63,427 bases of DNA, filler included, from Candidatus Hydrogenedentota bacterium (GCA_040752395.1; 16 parts of 16 records of this genome joined end to end with filler, not necessarily neighbours in it), one strand, 5' to 3'; counted from the first letter of the whole stretch, positions 1 to 10,373 are shown. Numbers and translations are program-made. The notes: generated by a model from the letters alone, not told the origin.

Positions 1-212
1 ACTCTAATAATTCGGGGTACAGGCTACGGGCTACGGACTACAGCCGGCTGGAGCCCCCTATGAAAAGTCTTGAGTCTTGAGTCTTGAGTCTCGAGTCCTG
101 TTTTGACTCACAACTTGCGACTTGTGACTCACGACTCTTTTCATACTTTGTGCCTCTTTTCCTCCCCTTTAAAGTGTCTCACGTTTCAGGGGAGCAGTAT
201 ATACCTTTATCA
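1..212 (-). repeat. Composite modular intergenic element (GGCACA, GAGTC hairpin, CCAGCCGGCTG hairpin, terminus cut by window edge)
   Basis: Reverse complement matches modules at 12410-12626 and 20883-21090; ends approximate. Confidence 0.9.
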
Positions 213-297
213 AAAAACAAGAAAAACCAGAACCGTCCCTGTTTTTCGTTTTTTCGTTTTTTCTTATCCCACCACCTCAATTGGCTGTCAAAATTTC

Positions 298-415
298 ATA
301 TAACGTTCCCAGCATAAAAGAAGCCCAGCCCTCGTTCAAGTCAGTGTTGGGTTTGGGTGACCCCGTGAGATGTCGCAGGCTATCTCACGTGGGAACCTTT
401 TATGCTGTGTTATAC
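298..415 (-). mobile_element. attC-like integron cassette recombination site
   Basis: Minus strand GTATAAC-acAGCATAAAAG...CTTTTATGCT-gggaac-GTTATAT, imperfect palindrome 20 nt downstream of the MTase stop; same arms as 41633-41720. Confidence 0.7.
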
Positions 416-435
416 GTTGTATGATGCAACAATTG

Positions 436-1359
436 CTAAAATAATCTTGTCTGTTTCCGCTCATCTTTCAACCTTTCTTCTGCTGTTTTACAATATTCTT
501 CCGAAATATCTATGCCGATATATTTTCTTCTTAACTTATATGCCACTAATGTTGTGGTCCCTACTCCATTGAATGGGTCCAGAACAACATCATCTTGATA
601 GCTAAATAATTTTAACAATCTCCTAACTAATTCCTCCGGGAACATTGCTGGATGGTTATATTTTTTCATATTAATTTCTGGTGCAATATCCCACTTCGCA
701 TAAACCCACTTCTTAAACTCGTCTCCTGTAATATCTATCTTGTCAGAATTTCCTTCTTTTTTATGTGACTCTTTACAAAATACCTCAATATATTCCCACG
801 TATATTTCATATAAGGCATGCTGGGACTTTTCCAACTACCCCAAGCTGTATATTTACAATTATAGTTGTGTTTTTCCCAGAGGATTTCTGCCTTCCAGAA
901 TAGTCCCAAGTCAAATAATTGCTTTGAAATAATATGGTGTGTAGGGATATAATCTGAAAATAGCGGTTGAATATTAACGCAGAATCTACCAGCTGGCTTC
1001 AGAACTCGAAAACATTCCATCCAGATTCTATTCAATTTATCAAAATAATCGTGCCAATATATAGCATCTTTGTTTTCATCATTTTTATATTCTAATCCAA
1101 AATTATACGGTGGTGAAGTTATAATGATATCAATAGAATTATCAGGAATATCCTTTAATATAATCTCACTATCTCCACAAATAATCCGGTTTACTAAATT
1201 TGATAGGTTTATTTCAGGGATTACTCCTTTTATTCTCTTTAGATGTTTTGTACCTCCCCGAATCTTTTCCTTCTTTTCCCTTTCTGAAACTTTTCTCTCT
1301 CGATTCAAAAGCCTGGAATCTGGATAGATTCTATCTTCTTTTTGATTGCTTTCACTCAT
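436..1359 (-). CDS. Site-specific DNA methyltransferase, beta-class N4/N6 family (probably m4C)
   Basis: TSPPY catalytic motif precedes HPAMFP and DPFNGVGTT SAM-binding motif. Confidence 0.9.
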   Translation of the reverse strand: MSESNQKEDRIYPDSRLLNRERKVSEREKKEKIRGGTKHLKRIKGVIPEINLSNLVNRIICGDSEIILKDIPDNSIDIIITSPPYNFGLEYKNDENKDAIYWHDYFDKLNRIWMECFRVLKPAGRFCVNIQPLFSDYIPTHHIISKQLFDLGLFWKAEILWEKHNYNCKYTAWGSWKSPSMPYMKYTWEYIEVFCKESHKKEGNSDKIDITGDEFKKWVYAKWDIAPEINMKKYNHPAMFPEELVRRLLKLFSYQDDVVLDPFNGVGTTTLVAYKLRRKYIGIDISEEYCKTAEERLKDERKQTRLF

Positions 1360-2015
1360 ATCATTTTACCCCTTTCTATTCTCTCCCTGACATTGTACCA
1401 ATCAGAACTTATATGTGAATTTACAAAACTAAATAAGTCCCATACAACGTCCTCATATATTGGGTTATCTCTGCTTTCTTTCCGTAGGACATAAATTTGG
1501 TCAATAGAAGAATATTTAGGATCAACATCCAAACTTACTTCGTAAGTTTCTGTAACAATTAAAAAGATACAATATGGGTTTCCTTTCTTAATCTTCTCTG
1601 CAGTGGGAACAGAACCTTCGTACATTGTTTTATCTAAATATGTTTTACACTCGATAGAAACTATCGGAACATAAATTGTATTTTCTTGCCAATTTTCATT
1701 GTTTGAAACTCTTGACTTCAGAATGACTTCCTTTGAAATAGAAAAATCTTGATTCTTTACATTAATCACAATGTTTGAACTTTCTTCAAATGCTTCAATA
1801 CTTGGCGGTGCAAAATATAGGTTAGTATATGCTTGTGTTCTTCCCCAATATATATGTTTATTTGCCAATTTTCCAATATCTTTGAATAAATAATACATAA
1901 ATTCTTCGATCACTGAAGAGTGTAATTGTGATTGCGAAGTAAAACCAAACTTATTCCCAGCCTCTTTTTTGAACTTGGGTTGGTCAATGAATGATTTGTA
2001 AAAGTGTCGCACCAT
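1356..2015 (-). CDS. Type II restriction endonuclease, Bpu10I-like family, possibly N-terminally truncated
   Basis: LHSSVIEEF, NQDF and IECKTYLDKTM PD-(D/E)xK motifs; overlaps the MTase start by 4 nt. Confidence 0.7.
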   Translation of the reverse strand: MVRHFYKSFIDQPKFKKEAGNKFGFTSQSQLHSSVIEEFMYYLFKDIGKLANKHIYWGRTQAYTNLYFAPPSIEAFEESSNIVINVKNQDFSISKEVILKSRVSNNENWQENTIYVPIVSIECKTYLDKTMYEGSVPTAEKIKKGNPYCIFLIVTETYEVSLDVDPKYSSIDQIYVLRKESRDNPIYEDVVWDLFSFVNSHISSDWYNVRERIERGKMI

Positions 2016-2095
2016 ATGGCGTATAACTTAAAATAACCGAACTGGTTCGTTTATCCTCCCTGATTGGCATATTTTGCGAAGTAATTCGTTTATGC
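2016..2095 (-). mobile_element. attI-like site
   Basis: GTTATACG core (2027-2020) complementary to the inverse core at 409-416; direct repeats ATAAACGAA at 2046-2054 and 2085-2093. Confidence 0.4.
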
Positions 2096-2149
2096 ACGAC
2101 TCCGGATGAAACCCTTAAATTGTAACTTTTTGCTACTTTTTTACTGACA

Positions 2150-2158
2150 ATTATACCA
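2150..2158 (-). promoter_or_regulatory. Extended -10 promoter element facing the cassette
   Basis: TGGTATAAT on the minus strand. Confidence 0.4.
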
Positions 2159-2191
2159 TCTCGACACGTATCTGTTCTAAAAGAACTCTGC

Positions 2192-2291
2192 NNNNNNNNN
2201 NNNNNNNNNNNNNNNNNNNNNNNNNNNNNNNNNNNTTAATTAATTAANNNNNNNNNNNNNNNNNNNNNNNNNNNNNNNNNNNNNNNNNNNN
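2192..2291. other. Artificial contig linker (first of 15; others start at 4457, 6709, 8913, 11095, 13251, 15367, 32431, 34532, 36555, 38574, 40590, 42564, 44537, 46491)
   Basis: 100-nt N run with central TTAATTAATTAA (stops in all six frames). Confidence 0.99.
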
Positions 2292-2519
2292 AGATGATAT
2301 GAAAAGAGTCGTGAGTCGCAAGTCGTGAGTCAAAACAGGACTCGAGACTCAAGACTCAAGACTCAAGACTTTTCAGCAGGCTTTTGGCTTTTGGCTCCAC
2401 CCGGCTGTAGTCCGTAGCCTGTAGCCTGTACCCCGTCCTGATACCTCTCACTTCTTCCGTTATCTTGCTTCTTGCTTCTATTTGATATTATTAGAGTTAC
2501 AACGTTTTTCAGAGGAGGA
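2292..2519 (+). repeat. Composite modular element upstream of efp
   Basis: GAGTC hairpin, GGCT hairpin, TTGCTTC arm, terminus 2487-2517. Confidence 0.9.
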
Positions 2520-2536
2520 ATGAAACCAGGGTTATT

Positions 2537-3106
2537 ATGAAACTTGTTAGTGAACTTAAGTTGAACCAGATGGTTCTAATTGATGGTAAATTATTTAAAG
2601 CTATCGAGACAATACGACACGGTGGTTATGGAAAAGTAGGAGGTTTTATAACTCTTAAATTACGTGACATTTTAACAGGCTCTGAATCTGAACGTAAATT
2701 TAATTTTGATGATAAGATTGAAGACGCACCTCTTTCCAGAAGAAATATGGAGTTCTTATATAAAGAAGCAGATGACTATATATTTATGGATTCTGAAACT
2801 TTTGAACAAGTATCGATTGATAAGATAATATTGGGAAATGCAGCTTTATTTTTAATAGAAAATCATACTTATCAGATTGAATTATATAAAGAAAAACCTG
2901 TAGGTGTAGTCTTACATGACTCAATTACCTTAAAAATACTTGAAACAGCTCCCCCTACAAGGGGTGCAAGTGATTCTGTCTGGAAAGAGGCTAAACTTGA
3001 GAATGGACTTGATATTCTCGTGCCTTTATTTATAGCTCCTGGTGATTCAGTAAGGGTTGACACTAAAACAGGTAAATATATCTCACGGAGTGAAAAAAGT
3101 CATTAA
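2537..3106 (+). CDS. efp: Elongation factor P family protein with atypical loop
   Basis: FLYKE..YIFMDSETFEQ and KEAKLENG..VPLFI..GD.VRVDT.TG.Y motifs; 189 aa. Confidence 0.85.
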   Translation: MKLVSELKLNQMVLIDGKLFKAIETIRHGGYGKVGGFITLKLRDILTGSESERKFNFDDKIEDAPLSRRNMEFLYKEADDYIFMDSETFEQVSIDKIILGNAALFLIENHTYQIELYKEKPVGVVLHDSITLKILETAPPTRGASDSVWKEAKLENGLDILVPLFIAPGDSVRVDTKTGKYISRSEKSH

Positions 3107-3182
3107 CCACTTTGAAAAAAGTTGGAAATAAGAAGTAAGAAGTGAGAAGTATCAGGAAATACAAGATAGAGAGGTTTAAGTT

Positions 3183-4115
3183 ATGAAAATCAGAACTGTT
3201 TTCGGGATATTATTATCCCTCGCGCTACTATTTATAATATTTATTCAGCTTCTCGTAATACTTGGTATTTTTATAAGTAGACAGGATAGAGGTGTGCCTT
3301 TTATAACTTCTGTTGGTGTGATAGAGATTACGGGAACCATAATGTCATCTGACCAAACTTTAGGTCATCTTAAAAAGGCTGAAGAGAATAATTTTATTAA
3401 AGGGGTTATTTTAAAGATTAATTCGCGTGGTGGAGCTATCGGACCCTGTCAGGAGATATACGATAAACTAATTAATTATAAAAAGCCGGTTGTTATATAT
3501 ATTCAGGGATTAGGTGCAAGTGGGGGATACTATATAGCTTCATCCTGTGAAAACATAGTTGCGGAACGCGGTGCTATAACTGGCTCTATCGGTGTTTTGT
3601 TCCACTCGCTTTATTTTGAAGAAACAATGAAAAAGCTTGGCATCGGCGAAACCGTTGTTAAAAGTGGAAAGTTTAAAGATGCAGGCAGTATAACAAGACA
3701 TCTGACTGAAGAAGAATATAAATATTTTCAAGGCGTAATTGATGAATTATATCTACAGTTTGTTAAGGACATAGCGTTTGGTAGAAAACAAAGGTGGCTT
3801 AAGCTATATCCTGAATTAAAAGATTTAAAGGATGAAGAATATATTAATAGATTCAGAAAGATTTTCAAAGACGAGATCGATGGCAGGGTTTTTACAGGTG
3901 GAGAAGCATTTAATAAAGGGTTTATAGACAAGCTCGGCACATTTGATACTGCTATTGATTTAATGAAAGATATCCTTGATATAAAAGAAGACCCCAATTT
4001 AATATTTTATCGAAATTATGACCATGATAAATTCAAGTTTTTCGGTTTATCTTTATTTAATAATAAAATAACAAATCCTCTGCCCCCGGGATTTTATTAT
4101 TTAATGAGGTGGTAA
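3183..4115 (+). CDS. sppA: Signal peptide peptidase SppA (S49, 36K type)
   Basis: N-terminal TM, INSRGG, GASGGYY, TGSIGV, SGKFKD. Confidence 0.9.
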   Translation: MKIRTVFGILLSLALLFIIFIQLLVILGIFISRQDRGVPFITSVGVIEITGTIMSSDQTLGHLKKAEENNFIKGVILKINSRGGAIGPCQEIYDKLINYKKPVVIYIQGLGASGGYYIASSCENIVAERGAITGSIGVLFHSLYFEETMKKLGIGETVVKSGKFKDAGSITRHLTEEEYKYFQGVIDELYLQFVKDIAFGRKQRWLKLYPELKDLKDEEYINRFRKIFKDEIDGRVFTGGEAFNKGFIDKLGTFDTAIDLMKDILDIKEDPNLIFYRNYDHDKFKFFGLSLFNNKITNPLPPGFYYLMRW

Positions 4116-4120
4116 AATTT

Positions 4121-4456
4121 ATGCTTCAAAAATCAAAAAATTTTGCAATCGCGTTGTCCTGTATAATTAGTGGTCTCGGACAGATGTATCTCGGCTATAC
4201 TGTTAAAGGCTGTTTATTTATAATTCTTAATTTGGTCTCTTTACTTATTTCTTTAATTCTTATTTTTATTCCTTTGATTAATCTACTTGTTGGTAATAAG
4301 TTTAATATCATTATTTTTCAGACAGGTATCTTTCTAAATCTTGCTTTTCTTATTTTTTTGATGTATTCTATATACGATACTTATAGACTTACTAAAACCG
4401 AGATAGAAAAAAAAGAATCTAAAATAGGGATACTTTTTATAATTAATCTACTTCTT
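4121..4456 (+). CDS. Membrane protein, 3'-partial
   Basis: AIALSCIISGLGQMYLG motif and hydrophobic helices; runs into linker. Confidence 0.65.
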
Positions 4457-4556
4457 NNNNNNNNNNNNNNNNNNNNNNNNNNNNNNNNNNNNNNNNNNNN
4501 TTAATTAATTAANNNNNNNNNNNNNNNNNNNNNNNNNNNNNNNNNNNNNNNNNNNN

Positions 4557-4835
4557 AGAAGCAAGAAAACGTCTGAATCTCCTCTGAAAAACTTCGCAAC
4601 CCTAATAATTTGGGCTACAGGCTACGGACTACAGCCGGCTGGAGCCAAAAGCCCAGAGCCTGCTGAAAAGTCTTGAGTCCTGTTTTGACTCACGACTTGC
4701 GACTCACGACTCTTTTTATATCATCTTTAGTTTTTCATCCTTTGTGTAGAACGCAATAACCCAATAACCCAAGAACCCAATAGTGTAGAGCGCAAACCGC
4801 GCTCATGACAACTCCTATGAACACAGATGTTCATG
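4557..4835 (-). repeat. Composite modular element
   Basis: GTAG-REP, 9-mer array, GAGTC and GGCT hairpins, variant terminus 4579-4609. Confidence 0.9.
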
Positions 4836-4856
4836 TTAGTTTCTTAATTATTTTTA

Positions 4857-4873
4857 AGCAAACCCTATACCAA
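4857..4873 (-). promoter_or_regulatory. Putative sigma-54 (-24/-12) promoter
   Basis: TTGGTATAGGGTTTGCT with GG-N10-GC spacing. Confidence 0.45.
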
Positions 4874-5172
4874 TTTTATAGTCCTTTTTTATTAATAATT
4901 TTAATATCTGCAAGGTGTTTTAACTCACTTTAATAAAATTTTATACCCTAACGTCTATTTTCTTATACCTATCTTTACCAATAGGTTCATACCGCTGCCG
5001 CCACTACTAAATCCTTCGAAAAAGTGTAACGCCTCAGTCCTGGGTGGAGTTTCTTTATCTTGCTTCTTGCATCTTGCATCTTAATTCCACCTATAACCGA
5101 GGGAAAACGAAAAAGTCAATGGTGGTAGAAAAATTACTTGTAAAAAATTCGAAAAATAATAAAAATTAAGCT

Positions 5173-5451
5173 ATGAACAAAAAACGATTTATACCCAAAA
5201 CAAACGAACCTATCAATAAAAAAGAAGTAATAAATAAAATTTCTTTATGGGAGGAATGGAAAGACTTTATTTTACAGAACGCATTTATCTGGTGTATCAT
5301 TGGTATACTTTCTTTTTATGAGATTAAATCTGAGTTTGGAGATGATTCTTATAGATGGATTTATATCCCTGTAGCGTTATGCTATCTCATTGTAAGTCTT
5401 GTTGGAAAATTTGTTAATATAGACAAAGAATCTGAAAACCCAAAAATTTAA
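5173..5451 (+). CDS. Small hypothetical membrane protein
   Basis: 92 aa, two hydrophobic segments. Confidence 0.6.
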   Translation: MNKKRFIPKTNEPINKKEVINKISLWEEWKDFILQNAFIWCIIGILSFYEIKSEFGDDSYRWIYIPVALCYLIVSLVGKFVNIDKESENPKI

Positions 5452-5461
5452 TAATAATCTT

Positions 5462-6562
5462 TCAAGTTTCAAAAAGCTTTTTTAGCGGATTAAATTTTAG
5501 ATTCTTAAGCGGCAGATAAACTATTTTATTACCGATCAGGCTAGAATAATAACAGGCAAATATTAATTCTAATGCTTTTGTTGCATCGTATCCTGTAGAT
5601 ATAACCTTTCCCTTATTCTCAATAGCATTTATAATCTCAAGTACCTGTTTTACATCGGTATTCTCATAATGCAATGGTTCAATAAATTTATCCTGCAGAA
5701 CTAAATCCCTGAACCCTTCATACATTCTCGAGGTATCTGATTTATAATATCTATAAATACCGTTGCCTATATGTATTCTTCCATCTTGACCTAAGATATC
5801 CACTTCAAAATGAAAATAATTTCTTACACCCCCATTCTCCATAAACCCTTTAATCCCGTTCTCAAACTCAAAATAACAAACAGCTCTGTCTTCTATTTGT
5901 ATATCATCTTTTTCTCTTGATATAAAAGCCTGAATCCATTTAAACTCTCCGAAAAAATATCTTAATATATCGAACATATGTGTTCCATCATGCATTAGCG
6001 GTCCACCGCCAGCTATCTCGAGTTTTGAATGCCAGCCTGGTTTAGGTCTACCAGTAAGCATCCAAGCCGCAACAGTTCTTACCTCGCCTATACCCCCATC
6101 TTCAATAAACTTCTTTACCCCCTGATAATAGCCATCATATCTTCTATGATGATTTACAGCCAAAATCACTTTATTCTTTTCACATTCTTTAATCATTTCC
6201 CTTGCATCAGAGAGATTTGTTGCGATCGGTTTTTCGCAGAGTATGGCTTTTAGCCCTTTTTTACTCGCCTTTATTGTCATTTCTTTATGTAAATGGGTCC
6301 ATGTGCAGATACTTACTATATCAAGTTCTTCTTTGTCTAATAATTCTCTATAATCCTCATATAAATGTTCTTTTGATACTCCAAAGGTATATCCAAATTC
6401 ATTCAGTCTTTCTCTATTTATATCACAGCCAGTTACAATCTCACATTGACCACTCTTTACATAAGCGCCGGCATGGGTGCATGGATGTTGTCTTAGTCTA
6501 TCTTTTTCAAGTAACGATGCAACCCTACCACAGCCTATAATACCAACCCGATACTTTTGCAT
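5462..6562 (-). CDS. Gfo/Idh/MocA family oxidoreductase
   Basis: GIIGCG, CEKP, GGGPLMHDGTH. Confidence 0.9.
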   Translation of the reverse strand: MQKYRVGIIGCGRVASLLEKDRLRQHPCTHAGAYVKSGQCEIVTGCDINRERLNEFGYTFGVSKEHLYEDYRELLDKEELDIVSICTWTHLHKEMTIKASKKGLKAILCEKPIATNLSDAREMIKECEKNKVILAVNHHRRYDGYYQGVKKFIEDGGIGEVRTVAAWMLTGRPKPGWHSKLEIAGGGPLMHDGTHMFDILRYFFGEFKWIQAFISREKDDIQIEDRAVCYFEFENGIKGFMENGGVRNYFHFEVDILGQDGRIHIGNGIYRYYKSDTSRMYEGFRDLVLQDKFIEPLHYENTDVKQVLEIINAIENKGKVISTGYDATKALELIFACYYSSLIGNKIVYLPLKNLKFNPLKKLFET

Positions 6563-6566
6563 AATA

Positions 6567-6708
6567 CTCCTCTGAAAAACGCTGTAACTATAATAATATC
6601 AAGTAGAAGCAAGAGGCAAGAAGCAAGAAGCAAGATAAACAAACATCTGGTTTTTCATACGTTGTGTAGAGCGCAAAAACCCAAAAACGCAATAACCCAA
6701 TAACCCAA
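6567..6708 (-). repeat. Composite modular element upstream of Gfo/Idh gene
   Basis: 9-mer array, REP half, (GCAAGAA)n, terminus GAGGAG 4 nt before ATG. Confidence 0.9.
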
Positions 6709-6808
6709 NNNNNNNNNNNNNNNNNNNNNNNNNNNNNNNNNNNNNNNNNNNNTTAATTAATTAANNNNNNNNNNNNNNNNNNNNNNNNNNNNNNNNNNNN
6801 NNNNNNNN

Positions 6809-6975
6809 TAGCAAACAGTGTATATTTGGATACAGGGTTTGGATATTTTAACATAGCAGATACTGATCCTATATTTGAGGCTATAGGCAAAGATACCGGG
6901 ATAATAATGAATGTCGGTGAGGTAGATCAGGAGGACACTGGTCGGATACGGTTTGATGTTCGTTGTGGGGAATAA
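6809..6975 (+). CDS. 3' fragment of unknown CDS
   Basis: Open frame ANSVYLDTG...RFDVRCGE* from contig start. Confidence 0.5.
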
Positions 6976-6981
6976 AAGATT

Positions 6982-7035
6982 GAAAGATTGCAAGATTCAA
7001 AGGAAAGGCACAGAGGCACAGAGGCACAGAGGGGG
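6982..7035 (+). repeat. Short STR module (AGATTGA-like 7-mers and GGCACAGA 8-mers)
   Basis: Three GGCACAGA units immediately upstream of metW. Confidence 0.75.
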
Positions 7036-7048
7036 TACAATTATTTTT

Positions 7049-7684
7049 ATGAATGATAATGGTATTGAAGAACTGATAGAAAATAAGATAAGGATTGATT
7101 ATAATGAGATTTGCAATTATATACCAGCTGGTTCTAAAGTTCTTGATCTTGGCTGTGGTGATGGCGAACTCTTAAGAATGTTAAAAGAAAAGAAGAATGT
7201 TAAAGGTCAGGGCATTGAGATTAATCCAATATTTATAACTACCTGCATAAAAAAGAGATTATCAGTTCTGCAGTGTGATATTGAAGATGGACTTAAGGAA
7301 TATCCTGATAATTCGTTTGATTATGTTATAATGAATCAGACCCTTCAAGCTATTGAAAAACCGCTCGATATTATATTTGAGATGTTAAGGGTAGGGAAAC
7401 ACGCTGTTGTTGGTTTTCCCAATTTCGGTTATTTTAAAATCAGATTATATCTTTTTTTAATAGGCAGGATGCCTAAAACAGGTTGTTTCCCTTACGAATG
7501 GTATGAGACACCAAACATTCATCCGTTTACTATTAATGATTTTTGTAGATTAATTATTGATAAAAACATAAATGTTATATATAAAAAATTTATAGGTGGG
7601 TACCGGGTTTTGCGTAACATATTTCCAAACTATTTTGCAAAAAGTGGTTTATTTGTTCTAACCCAGAAATTAAAGACCCAGTAA
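7049..7684 (+). CDS. metW: Methionine biosynthesis protein MetW (SAM-dependent methyltransferase)
   Basis: VLDLGCGDGELL, QTLQA, FPNFGY, PYEWYETPNIH; start moved to ATG 7049. Confidence 0.9.
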   Translation: MNDNGIEELIENKIRIDYNEICNYIPAGSKVLDLGCGDGELLRMLKEKKNVKGQGIEINPIFITTCIKKRLSVLQCDIEDGLKEYPDNSFDYVIMNQTLQAIEKPLDIIFEMLRVGKHAVVGFPNFGYFKIRLYLFLIGRMPKTGCFPYEWYETPNIHPFTINDFCRLIIDKNINVIYKKFIGGYRVLRNIFPNYFAKSGLFVLTQKLKTQ

Positions 7685-7744
7685 TAAATAAAACTGAATC
7701 TTGCTTCCTTGACAAAAGAGATTATTTACAATAAAGAAACAACT

Positions 7745-8838
<1,094 letters not shown>

Positions 8839-8871
8839 ACCTCAATTTTAACTTTTAATTTTTTATATCTT

Positions 8872-8912
8872 ACTTTCAAAGGCACAAAGGCACAGAGGCA
8901 CAAAGGCACAGA
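8872..8912 (+). repeat. GGCACA(G/A)A 8-mer module at contig end
   Basis: Four tandem units. Confidence 0.8.
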
Positions 8913-9012
8913 NNNNNNNNNNNNNNNNNNNNNNNNNNNNNNNNNNNNNNNNNNNNTTAATTAATTAANNNNNNNNNNNNNNNNNNNNNNNNNNNNNNNN
9001 NNNNNNNNNNNN

Positions 9013-9122
9013 TCTGTCTCTTTGTCAACAAAATTTACGCTTCTTACGGCCATAGTTCGCTGCCTCTATATGGCATAGCAGTTTCCAGACGGTAGAATGG
9101 CTTGAGGCACTGCCTCATCTGT
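9013..9122 (+). repeat. Second repeat family, copy 1 (~105-bp unit with TGAGGCACTGCCTCA palindrome)
   Basis: Ungapped alignment with reverse complement of 15467-15578. Confidence 0.75.
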
Positions 9123-9124
9123 TT

Positions 9125-10192
9125 ATGGAAGATACATATTTATTAAACAGTCATAAATTACATTATCATATCGAACGTGTGTATCAATGGCTTATTGGAA
9201 AGAATGTTTATCCTGTATATATGGAAGTCGGCCTCACCAAAGCCTGTAATCACAGATGTATATTCTGCGCATTTGATTACACGGGGTTTGCAGGCGTTTT
9301 TATTAGAACCGATAGGCTCTTAGAAGTAATAAGTGAGCTTTCTAAACTCGGTGTCAAGAGTATAATGTATGCAGGCGAAGGCGAACCTTTGTTACATAAA
9401 GATATCGCAAAAATAGTCCAGCACACAAAAAAATGCGGGATAGACGTATCTATGGAGACCAATGGTGTCCTTTTTAATGACGAAAAAATCGCCGGTATTA
9501 TTCCTTATCTGGAATGGATACGTGTAAGTCTGAATGCGGGAACACCGCAAAATTATGCAAAGATACACGGAACTCGCAAACAAGATTTCTATAAAATTTT
9601 AAGTAATTTAGAAAAAATGAATGAATATAAAAAGAAACATAAACTTAAAACTACTATCGGTGTTCAAATGATTCTGTTACAGGAAAATATGGATGAACCC
9701 GTAAAATTAGCTTCTGTGTTATCAAAAATTGGGATAGATTATTTTTCGGTAAAACCATATATAAAGCATCCTCAAAGCGAAAATAAGTTTAGAATCGATT
9801 ATAATATAGAGAAGATACTCAAAATGAAAAAGCAATTAGAAAAATATGAGACTAAAAATTTTAAAACTATTTTGCGAAGCTCCTGTTTATTAAAATTAAA
9901 GCAACAAAGATTATACAAAATATGTTATGGTCTTCCTTTCTTTGCTGAAATAACAAGCAGTGGTAATGTCTATACCTGCGGACCTTATCTATACAGAGAT
10001 GAGTTCTGTTACGGTAATATACATAGGAACTCATTCAGAGAGATATGGGAGAGTAAAAAAAGAAAGAGAATACTTAACTATGTTTTAGAAAGACTTGATG
10101 TTAGTAAATGTATGCGAAGCTGCAGACTTGATGAGATAAATAAGTATCTCTGGAACTTAAAAAATCCCATACCTCATGTAAATTTTATCTAA
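9125..10192 (+). CDS. Radical SAM protein with SPASM/twitch domain
   Basis: CNHRCIFC, GEGEPLL, C-terminal C..GNV.TC..GNI..IW..C. Confidence 0.9.
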   Translation: MEDTYLLNSHKLHYHIERVYQWLIGKNVYPVYMEVGLTKACNHRCIFCAFDYTGFAGVFIRTDRLLEVISELSKLGVKSIMYAGEGEPLLHKDIAKIVQHTKKCGIDVSMETNGVLFNDEKIAGIIPYLEWIRVSLNAGTPQNYAKIHGTRKQDFYKILSNLEKMNEYKKKHKLKTTIGVQMILLQENMDEPVKLASVLSKIGIDYFSVKPYIKHPQSENKFRIDYNIEKILKMKKQLEKYETKNFKTILRSSCLLKLKQQRLYKICYGLPFFAEITSSGNVYTCGPYLYRDEFCYGNIHRNSFREIWESKKRKRILNYVLERLDVSKCMRSCRLDEINKYLWNLKNPIPHVNFI

Positions 10193-10205
10193 TAAATCTG
10201 TCTAT

Positions 10206-10370
10206 AGAGTCAAAGAGTCGCGAGTCGTGAGTCAAAACAGGACTCGAGACTCAAGACTTTTCAGCAGGCTTTTGGCTTTTGGCCCCAGCCGGCTGTAGTC
10301 CGTAGCCTGTCCTGATACTTCTCACTTCTTACTTCGTGAAATTATTAAAGTTACAGTATTTTTCGAAGGT
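10206..10370 (+). repeat. Composite modular element between radical SAM and E1-alpha genes
   Basis: GAGTC and GGCT hairpins, variant terminus ending CGAAGGT before ATG. Confidence 0.9.
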
Positions 10371-10373
10371 GAT

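Noticed and set aside
84-317. Short ORFs over elements (84..317, 103..303, 12167..12544, 20586..20978, 32561..32812, 38380..38565, 42612..42917, 50528..50731)
   Set aside because: They are translations of repeat modules in inconsistent frames and strands.
2016-2043. XerCD dif site (ATGGCGTATAA-CTTAAA-ATAACCGAACT)
   Set aside because: The left arm resembles a XerC site but the right arm does not match TTATGTTAAAT; the attI-like reading fits better, though neither is proven.
9032-9068. Equal-length 37-nt middles of the second repeat family as CRISPR-like spacers
   Set aside because: They still match at 17 of 37 positions with many transitions, so they are diverged homologues, not acquired spacers.
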